32,000 bases of DNA from Caldimicrobium thiodismutans. GTDB taxonomy: Bacteria; Desulfobacterota; Thermodesulfobacteria; Thermodesulfobacteriales; Thermodesulfobacteriaceae. Location: the NCBI RefSeq assembly GCF_001548275.1, contig NZ_AP014945.1:210001-242000 (forward strand). The letters are read 5' to 3'. The notes beneath the pieces are model-generated. The model was not told the DNA's origin. It saw only the letters and a program-made list of their open reading frames with translations, and made no database searches. Both the position numbers and the translations under genes were made by a program. This document shows positions 18,631 through 26,354 of the stretch, piece after piece. Every line of letters begins with the position of its first letter. Position 1 is the stretch's first letter.

Positions 18631-20387
18631 TGGCAGATAAACAAGATTTATGGAATTTAAGTAATAGACTTTCAACGAAAACGAAACTTGAAATTTTAGA
18701 AAAGATTTTTGATGTATGGCTGACCATTTGGAACAATCAAAAATGGGTATCAAATGAATGGTATATCATAGATTTATTTGCTGGTAGAGGTAAGTATAAT
18801 GATGGAACTTATGGTTCACCACTTATTTTTCTTGATAAAATTTTAAAAAAAAGAATAGACAAAAAATTGAGAGAAAATATCAAAATTAAATGCTTTTTTA
18901 TAGAACTGAATAAAGATAACTTTGCTTGTCTAAAAGAAAACATTGAAGAATTTCTTAATAAAAATCCCGAGACAAATAAAGTAGTTGAATCTCAAGTCTA
19001 TATTGGAGATTGTAATGAAAAAATACCTGAAATAATAAGACAGATTAATAACACTCCAAAAAATCCTCTTTTTGTTTTAATAGACCCAACGGGTTTACAA
19101 ATTAAGAGAAAGACTGTTGATTTAATGGTTAAATTAAATAACCCGAAAGATATCATGTTCAATTATATTTTGGAAGGTGTTCGTCGCACCAGTGGTGTAG
19201 CAAAAAAGAGAAGATCAGGAACCGAATTAACAGAAAAAGAGATTAAGACTATAAATACTCTAAAAGAATTTATTGGGGATGATATTAATTTAATAGGAAA
19301 TGACCAAAAAATGTTAGAAGATTTTGTTGGCTCTGTTTTTACCTCCAAAGGGCTTCATGTTGTGGGGTATGATATCAAATATCCAGACCGCAATGATACT
19401 TTGTATTATCTTCTTTATGCATGCAAAAAACCCAATATAGCTGAAATTGTTAAAGATGTTTATGCACGACAGAAAGAAAAGATTTTAGGGAGAACATTGT
19501 TTGGTGGTAAAGATTTCTATAAAGAAAAGATTTTTGAAGCTTCACCCACAGTTATTAATAGAAAAACTCTCTTATATCAAACAAAAGTTGAATATGGAGA
19601 TTGGACGATAAATCACATTGTTGGTTGTAAACATGGTTGTAAGTTTCCTTGTTATGCGATGATGATGGCAAAAAAATTTGGTTGGGTTAAAGATTATGAA
19701 GATTGGAGAAATCCAAAGATTGTAGCGAATGCTTTAGAACTTCTTGAGAAAGAGATACCGAAATATAAAAATTACATTGATTTTGTTCATTTATGTTTTA
19801 TGACTGACCCTTTTATGTATGATTATAAAACAAAAATGATAATACCAGAAATAAAAGAGTTAACATTAAATATTATTGAAAGATTAAATAAAGAAGGTAT
19901 AAGAGTAACAACTTTAACGAAAGGAATTTATCCTGAAGACTTGTTAAATAAAAGAAAATTTCTGGAAACTAATGAATATGGGATAACACTTGTTTCCTTA
20001 AATGATGATTTTAAAAATAAATTTGAACCTTATTCTGCACCATATGAGGAAAGGATAGCAGCTTTAAAAAAACTTGCTGATAATGGATTAAAAACATGGG
20101 TAAGTATTGAGCCTTATCCAGTTCCTGCTTTAGATCCTCAATCTGCAGATATTGAGAGAATCTTAAATAAAGTTAGTTTTGTAAAAAAAATAATCTTTGG
20201 AAAACTAAATTATAGAAGGTTGGCAGAATATAATAATTCTTATTGTGCCTGGAAAAATAATGAAGAATTCTATAGAGAAATGGCTCAAAAAGTAATTGAG
20301 TTTTGCAAAAAGAATGATATAAAATATCATATAAAATTTGGGACCCCCTTGAGTAAAAATGAAAGTGTAAATATTTTTAAAGAATGA
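18630..20387 (+). CDS. Fusion of a TcmP-like (three-Cys-motif partner, Rossmann/MTase-like) N-domain with a radical-SAM-like (COG1533/SplB-like) C-domain
   Basis: N-domain: KTKLEILEKIFDVWL, IIDLFAGRG and VLIDPTG. C-domain: W.IN..VGC333KHGC337KFPC341YA, then TTLTKG, ITLVSLND..FEPY.APYEERI.ALKKL...G and SIEPYP. The start overlaps the MTase stop (TAATG). Confidence 0.7.
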   Translation: MADKQDLWNLSNRLSTKTKLEILEKIFDVWLTIWNNQKWVSNEWYIIDLFAGRGKYNDGTYGSPLIFLDKILKKRIDKKLRENIKIKCFFIELNKDNFACLKENIEEFLNKNPETNKVVESQVYIGDCNEKIPEIIRQINNTPKNPLFVLIDPTGLQIKRKTVDLMVKLNNPKDIMFNYILEGVRRTSGVAKKRRSGTELTEKEIKTINTLKEFIGDDINLIGNDQKMLEDFVGSVFTSKGLHVVGYDIKYPDRNDTLYYLLYACKKPNIAEIVKDVYARQKEKILGRTLFGGKDFYKEKIFEASPTVINRKTLLYQTKVEYGDWTINHIVGCKHGCKFPCYAMMMAKKFGWVKDYEDWRNPKIVANALELLEKEIPKYKNYIDFVHLCFMTDPFMYDYKTKMIIPEIKELTLNIIERLNKEGIRVTTLTKGIYPEDLLNKRKFLETNEYGITLVSLNDDFKNKFEPYSAPYEERIAALKKLADNGLKTWVSIEPYPVPALDPQSADIERILNKVSFVKKIIFGKLNYRRLAEYNNSYCAWKNNEEFYREMAQKVIEFCKKNDIKYHIKFGTPLSKNESVNIFKE

Positions 20388-20394
20388 ATACAAT

Positions 20395-20479
20395 GAATTT
20401 ATTCGAAATCTATCCTCAAAACCAACCTATTGTCCAGCAAATAGAAAAACTTGTAAATCAAATCCTCTCTCTTGCCCAA
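20395..20479 (+). pseudogene. Displaced MTase 3'-end fragment, part 1
   Basis: Nucleotide-level similarity to 18404-18490. The peptide YPQNQPIVQQIEKLVNQILSLAQ compares with [23 protein letters not shown]. Confidence 0.7.
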
Positions 20480-20480
20480 T

Positions 20481-20564
20481 GTAACACAGGCATTTCTGCC
20501 TGTGGAAGTAATACATATTCATGTATGAAAGTAACACAGGCAATCTTGCCTGTGGAGTCAACTA
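20481..20564 (+). repeat. Cluster of three hairpin repeats
   Basis: CACAGGCA-tttc-TGCCTGTG (20485-20504), ATACAT-attc-ATGTAT (20511-20526), CACAGGCA-atct-TGCCTGTG (20535-20554). Confidence 0.8.
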
Positions 20565-21785
20565 TGAAAAATTATAAGCATAGTAAAAACCTCCTTGAGA
20601 AGGAATATTATGATAAGTAGAAGGATCAAAATATTTTTTATATTTGAGAAGTGCATAAATAATTCTCAAAAGTTTATGAGCGGTGGCCAAAACCGCTTTT
20701 TTATAAGGCAATCCTTGTCTTTTTCTCCTCTCAAAATAGCTCCAGAATATAGGATTGTGTCTGATTACATTAATACTCATAAGCCATACAACCCTTCTCA
20801 AATGCCTATTTCCTCGTTTAGAAATCTTGCTCTTTCCTTTAAAATTTCCAGATTCATAAACAGCAGGATCAAGTCCTGCATAGGCAATCAATTGTTTGTA
20901 CGATTGAAATCTCTTTATATCCTGAATTTCAGCAAGAAAATGAAGCGCTGTAATTTCTCCAATTCCCTCAATAGAAAGGAGGATATCAAGGTCCTGGCAA
21001 GCGGAAATCTCTTTACAAGCGGATTTAAGAAGTTTTTCAATTTCTTTAAGGGTTTCCTGAAGGAAGAAGAGTTCTTGAATGGTTCTGGAAAGAATATATT
21101 CTTTTGCGGGCCAATTTTGAGCTATAGAATATTCAGCAAGGGCTTTTATTTCTTTAGCAGAAATGGCGGGTTTTTTACCTTTTTGAGAGGAGAGTATATT
21201 TTCAATTTCCTCAAGAGAGGCTTTTTTAATAGCTTTAGCAGAGGGGAATTTTTCAAGAAGTTTAAGAATGGAGGTATTGTAGATATTGACGGTTCTTTCA
21301 AGTTCAGGGAAGGTAACGACCACAAGTTTTTCGAGGTTATTTTTTCTTTTAGCGATTTCTTGAGAAATTCTTTCTCTTTCTCTGGCAAGGTCTTTAAATT
21401 CTTCAGAAGTAAAGGCCTGGGGAGGTAGTTTTTGATGGAATTGAGAAAGGAAGATGGCGATAGTTTTAGCGTCTATGGCATCGGTTTTGGTTTTTCTAAG
21501 AGAGAGTTTAGCAAAATTTTTAATGAGAATTGGATTAAGGATGACGCAAGTGAAGTTATGATTAACGAGGTAGGTGATGAGATTAAGATGATAACAACCA
21601 GAGGATTCAATACCGATAAGGATGGATTTTTTTAAGCCTTGAGGGAGAGCTTTTGTAAAGGATTTGATGCCCTGGTAGTCAAGAGGGTAGGACTGGTTAA
21701 AGAGGACATTTTGAGAGGAATCAATGAGGCAGGCATGAAAGAAGTTTTTGGAGACATCAAGGCCTACAAAGTAGGTGTAGTGCAT
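20562..21785 (-). CDS. IS110-family (DEDD/RuvC-like) transposase
   Basis: N-terminal VGLDVSK. C-terminal SI.GIG..TA..FLAEI.D..RF....QL.AYAGL.P....SG. GGAGG RBS. The TAG stop at 20562-20564 sits at the IS/flank junction. Confidence 0.9.
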   Translation of the reverse strand: MHYTYFVGLDVSKNFFHACLIDSSQNVLFNQSYPLDYQGIKSFTKALPQGLKKSILIGIESSGCYHLNLITYLVNHNFTCVILNPILIKNFAKLSLRKTKTDAIDAKTIAIFLSQFHQKLPPQAFTSEEFKDLARERERISQEIAKRKNNLEKLVVVTFPELERTVNIYNTSILKLLEKFPSAKAIKKASLEEIENILSSQKGKKPAISAKEIKALAEYSIAQNWPAKEYILSRTIQELFFLQETLKEIEKLLKSACKEISACQDLDILLSIEGIGEITALHFLAEIQDIKRFQSYKQLIAYAGLDPAVYESGNFKGKSKISKRGNRHLRRVVWLMSINVIRHNPIFWSYFERRKRQGLPYKKAVLATAHKLLRIIYALLKYKKYFDPSTYHNIPSQGGFYYAYNFS

Positions 21786-22037
21786 AGGTGGACCTCCTTT
21801 TATTTTGTTTTAGTAAGGCAGGGGACCTGCTCACCAATCCTCCAACTTGACGAGGGTTTACAAACCCAACCAACTTATAATGGTTTAAGCAGGCAGGCAA
21901 CAAACTCCACTGAGGGCTTAAAAGCCCAGGTAAAATGGAGTTGCCCTGCCTTACTCTCTTTTCCATGTTTCAATTATAACCCCTATATATGCAAAAACTT
22001 AGGTAATAACATAACAAATTTTTCGTAGGAGGTAAAA
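20565..22037 (-). mobile_element. IS110-family insertion sequence (boundaries approximate)
   Basis: It interrupts a hairpin-repeat unit that is intact at 23141-23226. Flank homology ends near 20564 and resumes near 22038-22041. It carries one DEDD-type transposase and a structured non-coding end of about 250 nt upstream of that gene. Confidence 0.8.
21813..21954 (-). ncRNA. Candidate IS110 bridge RNA
   Basis: The closing stem GTAAGGCAGGG (21813-21823) / CCCTGCCTTAC (21944-21954) encloses two stem-internal-loop-hairpin modules. These are AACTCC/GGAGTT around GGGCTT-AA-AAGCCC, and CCTGCT/AGCAGG around GGGTTT-ACA-AACCC. The loop segment AGGTAAAATG (21928-21937) is identical to the IS terminus at 22030-22039. 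Confidence 0.5.
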
Positions 22038-22040
22038 TGC

Positions 22041-22085
22041 ACTCCTATGTGTGAAAGTGAAAACACAGACAAGAATGTCTGTGCT
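22041..22085 (+). repeat. Hairpin repeat (right half of the unit split by the IS)
   Basis: ACTCCTATGTGTGAAAG...CACAGACA-AGAA-TGTCTGTG (22064-22083), nearly identical to 23183-23226. Confidence 0.8.
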
Positions 22086-22211
22086 ACAACAGACCCACTA
22101 AAACAAGCCTAAGTAAGAGACCTTGAAAAACAAATAGACCACCTTGTTTATGAGCTTTATAATTTAACAGAGGAAGAGATTAAAATAGTTGAAGGAGGTA
22201 AAATAGAATGA
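22086..22211 (+). pseudogene. Displaced MTase 3'-end fragment, part 2 (contains an in-frame stop)
   Basis: [38 protein letters not shown] compares with [39 protein letters not shown] at 18506-18630. It ends in an ATGA overlap with the next gene, as an intact MTase would. Confidence 0.75.
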
Positions 22212-22705
22212 GTTATCTAATTTATGCGGCGTATGGTTCAAACCTTTTAAAAGAGAGGTTTATGGTTTATATAAAAGGTGGAATGTATCGTGGCTGGGAA
22301 TACTCGGGAAGCAAAGACAAAACTGAACCTCAAGATTTAGGGTGGATGTATGTTCCGCATAGATTATATTTTGCTAAAAGCTCTTCAAAATGGGCCAACA
22401 AAGGAGTAGCATTTTTAAGTTGTGAAAAGGAAAAAGATAGTAGTTTTCATGCGGTTGTCAGGCTTTGGAAGGTATCGCAGCAACAGTTTGAAGACATTAA
22501 GAAACAAGAAGGACGATGGTATGATGTAGAATTAGAATTGGGAGAAAAGGACGGTTTTATAATAAAAACTATCACTGGTTGTTGGAAAACTGAAATCAAT
22601 AAACCTTCAGAAGAATATCTTAATATAATTAGGCAGGGTCTAAAGGAAACAACAAAGGGATGGTCCGAGGATAAAATTGAGGAATATCTCAGGAAATTTT
22701 TGTAA
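22208..22705 (+). CDS. GGCT/AIG2-like (gamma-glutamylcyclotransferase fold) protein
   Basis: N-terminal YAAYGSNL (compare YFAYGSNL) and a downstream ...KKQEGRWY... (compare LD..EG..Y). 165 aa. Confidence 0.5.
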   Translation: MSYLIYAAYGSNLLKERFMVYIKGGMYRGWEYSGSKDKTEPQDLGWMYVPHRLYFAKSSSKWANKGVAFLSCEKEKDSSFHAVVRLWKVSQQQFEDIKKQEGRWYDVELELGEKDGFIIKTITGCWKTEINKPSEEYLNIIRQGLKETTKGWSEDKIEEYLRKFL

Positions 22706-22987
22706 TTATAGCGCTTATATATCAACTCTTTCTTTCCTACGAAGGGATGCTTTCATGCAAAGGGTTAATTCCTTGATTTTTCAACAAAAGGATATTTTAT
22801 AAGAAAGCCTTTTGTCTTTTGCCTCTTACTTCTACTTCAACTTCCAGATCTTCCTTTCGTAAGCTTACATCTATGACGCACAGGGCTATGCCTTTGCCAT
22901 GGTTGGAGAAAAGGTAACAAGCCCAAGGAGTTTGCACTCAAGCTTATGGCTATGTAAGGCCTCTTTTGTTACATACTCCTTTTTAAG

Positions 22988-23057
22988 CTTCACACCCTGA
23001 CCCAGGACCAAGACACAGCCCCACAAAAAGCCTTAAGTTAAGGAACTTGAAAACAAA
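22988..23057 (+). pseudogene. Third, truncated and degenerate copy of the MTase 3' end
   Basis: CTGACCCAGGACC...CCCACAAAAAGCC..AAGTTAAGGAACTTGAAAACAAA parallels 18478-18560. It contains stops and is cut off by the repeat head at 23058. Confidence 0.5.
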
Positions 23058-23226
23058 ATGCATAAATTCATATCCTTACAAGAAAAAAGTAAGGGTGGTA
23101 AAAGAGGAATTAGATATCTATACAAAAGAGGTTTTACAAGTCTGAAAGTAACACAGGCATTCCTGCCTGTGAAAGTAAACTACACTCCTATGAGTGAAAG
23201 CAAAAACACAGACAAGAATGTCTGTG
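23058..23226 (+). repeat. Repeat head element plus an intact hairpin-repeat unit
   Basis: The head ATGCATAAATTCATATCC..AAGGGTGGTAAAAG is related to 28531- and 2383-2425 (reverse complement). Hairpins: CACAGGCA-ttcc-TGCCTGTG (23152-23171) and CACAGACA-AGAA-TGTCTGTG (23207-23226). Confidence 0.75.
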
Positions 23227-23297
23227 CTACAACAGACCCACAAAAACAAGCCCAAGTTAAAGAGCTTGAAAAACAAATCGACCAGCTTGTGGTTTAG
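23227..23297 (+). pseudogene. Fourth copy of the MTase 3' end (fragment)
   Basis: TTDPQKQAQVKELEKQIDQLVV* with nucleotide similarity to 18506-18580. Confidence 0.65.
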
Positions 23298-23474
23298 CTT
23301 TATAAGTTAATGATTTTTTTGCCTTTACAAATAATATTTTGTAGAAAAATGAAAAAACATGGAGGCTGTGAAGGTTAAAATTTGCTCCTAATAAATATTA
23401 TCAGTGTTCAATCGCCCTTGATGAAAAGGGGATGATTAGTCCTTCTGCTTTTGGAAAATAACAAGCCTCGGGGC

Positions 23475-23502
23475 TTGAAAACTTATAAAGAATCTTTATA
23501 AT
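23475..23502 (+). promoter_or_regulatory. Promoter candidate with an overlapping palindromic operator for the ArsR-family gene
   Basis: TTGAAA (23475-23480), 16 nt spacer, TATAAT (23497-23502). Perfect inverted repeat ATAAAGA-A-TCTTTAT at 23485-23499. The ATG lies only 12 nt after the -10 element. Confidence 0.4.
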
Positions 23503-23514
23503 CAATTCTTTAAG

Positions 23515-23838
23515 ATGAAAAATTTCAAAAAAAAGATTGAAATTCTTAAATTGATTGCTCATCCTGTAAGAATAAGGCTTCTTCAAGAATTGAAGAAAAA
23601 TATTCACTGTGTAAGTGATCTTGTTAAAATTTTAAAACTCAGACAGTCAACCATTTCCCAGCACTTAGCCCTCCTTCGCAAGGGAGATCTTGTAGATTAT
23701 TATGTGGAAGGAAAAGAAAGATGTTATTTTATCAAAGACCCCTTTGTTTCGGAATTGCTTGAATTTTTAGAGAGAGAACACTATAAAGCCCTTGAAGTCC
23801 CGAAATGTTGTCCCATAACTAAAAAAAGGTTAAAGTAA
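23515..23838 (+). CDS. ArsR/SmtB-family HTH transcriptional regulator
   Basis: LKLIAHPVRIRLLQEL......V.DL...L.L.QSTISQHLALLRK..LV. Confidence 0.85.
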   Translation: MKNFKKKIEILKLIAHPVRIRLLQELKKNIHCVSDLVKILKLRQSTISQHLALLRKGDLVDYYVEGKERCYFIKDPFVSELLEFLEREHYKALEVPKCCPITKKRLK

Positions 23839-25159
<1,321 letters not shown>

Positions 25160-25601
25160 TTTTCTTTTCTATTTTAGAGGCCTATTCTCAGGAAGTAAAA
25201 ATAAAGGGCCTTACTTATCAGCGATATGAAGGGGAAACCCTGGTCTGGAAACTGATTTCTCAAGAATTCTCTAAGGAGGGTGAGGAGCGTTTCTGGGCTC
25301 AAAAGGTTTATCTTGAAAATCTTCCCAAGGGAATAAAAATTTTTGCGGACTCAGCCCTCTATCTGGCTAAGGAGGAGAAATTTTTGTTAAAGGGCAAGGT
25401 AAAGCTTATAACTGAAAAGGAGGGTGAGGTTTACACTGAGGAGCTAATCTTTTATCCTAAGAGAGATTTTTTACAGGCTCCAGGCCAGGTTTTGATAAAA
25501 AAAGATAAATTTGAGGTTTCAGGAGAAGGTTTAAGTTATGATATTTCTCAGGGGGGCTTTAAGCTTCACAAAAAGGCCAGGGCTCAATTTAAGCTTTAAA
25601 G

Positions 25602-26354
25602 ATGGAAAAGAACCTGGAAAAGACATTAAAAAAATTTACTGCCTTTCAGGAGAAGACTAAGGGGCACAGGGCCCGAGTTAAAGAAAGATTTTGGAAAGAA
25701 GGGCCTGAGAGTTTTACAGATGAAGATCTCCTTGAACTTCTTCTCTTCTTCGGAATACCGAGAAGAGATACTCGTGGGCTTGCAAGGGCTTTACTGAAAA
25801 GATTTGACGGGAGATTGGATAAAATCCTTGATGCGGAAAAAGAGGAACTAATAAAGATTCCCCAGCTTGGGCTCAATGCTATTTTGCCCTTAAGGGTTAT
25901 GCACGAAGTTGCCAGAAGGTATCTCAGGGCTCGGATTGAAAACTCTCCTTCTCTGAAATCCCCTAAGGAGGTCTTTGAGTATCTGCTTTATGAGCTAAAA
26001 GGGGAGAAAAAAGAGGTCTTCATGGTGCTTTATTTAGCTACAGATAATCGGGTTCTTGGGATTGAGAGAATCTCCGAGGGGACTATTGTAGAGAGTGCTG
26101 TCTATCCCCGTGAAGTCTTTGCCAGAGCCTATCAGTTTGGGGCAAGTAAACTTGTCCTTGCCCATAATCATCCTTCAGGTAATCTGAAGCCTTCGGTTGA
26201 GGATAAAAAGATTACCAGGATCTTTATCCTTGGGGGATTTCTTCTCCAGTTAAAGATCCTTGACCATTTGATTATTGGAAAGGATTCTTATTACAGTTTT
26301 GCCGAAGAAGGGTTGATTGAAGAGCTTGAGAGAGAGGTAAGAAAGGTCCTATGA
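25602..26354 (+). CDS. radC: RadC-like JAB-domain protein (UPF0758)
   Basis: HhH-like N-terminal part and LAHNHPSG...PS.ED. Confidence 0.9.
   Translation: MEKNLEKTLKKFTAFQEKTKGHRARVKERFWKEGPESFTDEDLLELLLFFGIPRRDTRGLARALLKRFDGRLDKILDAEKEELIKIPQLGLNAILPLRVMHEVARRYLRARIENSPSLKSPKEVFEYLLYELKGEKKEVFMVLYLATDNRVLGIERISEGTIVESAVYPREVFARAYQFGASKLVLAHNHPSGNLKPSVEDKKITRIFILGGFLLQLKILDHLIIGKDSYYSFAEEGLIEELEREVRKVL

Noticed and set aside
11315-20387. Calling the operon DISARM, BREX or a classical type I/III/IIG R-M system
   Set aside because: The window has no DrmA/DrmB (DUF1998), no BrxA/B/C, PglZ or BrxL, no HsdS/HsdR, and no type III Res subunit. The MTase shows no recognisable nuclease triad, so type IIG is not supported by eye. 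A profile search is still needed to be sure.
20384-20620. 78-aa ORF starting at the end of the radical-SAM gene
   Set aside because: Its translation is a chimera of an MTase-tail fragment (QNQPIVQQIEKLVNQIL) followed by read-through of hairpin repeats and the IS end. It is treated as a pseudogene fragment plus repeats.
20595-21635. Plus-strand ORFs 20595-21428 (277 aa) and 21432-21635, and minus-strand ORF 21146-21388
   Set aside because: They overlap the IS110 transposase gene, either antisense or in another frame. Their F/K/S-rich low-complexity translations contrast with the clear family motifs in the transposase.
21639-22028. Plus-strand ORF of 129 aa and minus-strand ORF 21757-21966 in the IS non-coding end
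   Set aside because: The region is dominated by nested stems, which an RNA element (candidate bridge RNA) explains better. There is no RBS and no protein-like composition.
22706-22987. Possible gene or gene remnant between the GGCT-like gene and the third MTase-tail fragment
   Set aside because: Only short interrupted frames are present (for example a minus-strand ...GKGIALCVIDVSLRKEDLEVEVEVRGKRQKAFL). I recognise no motif, start or RBS, so the stretch is left unannotated.
20481-23226. Possible CRISPR array, because of the recurring short palindromic units
   Set aside because: The units are imperfect and of several subtypes. They are spaced by only a few nucleotides rather than by unique spacers of 30-40 nt, occur in both orientations and have no leader or cas genes. 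They are REP/MITE-like hairpins.
23058-23297. 79-aa ORF MHKFISLQEK...
   Set aside because: It is built from the repeat head, hairpin repeats and an MTase-tail remnant. The similar MHKF... ORF at 28531-28782 merely reflects the shared repeat.
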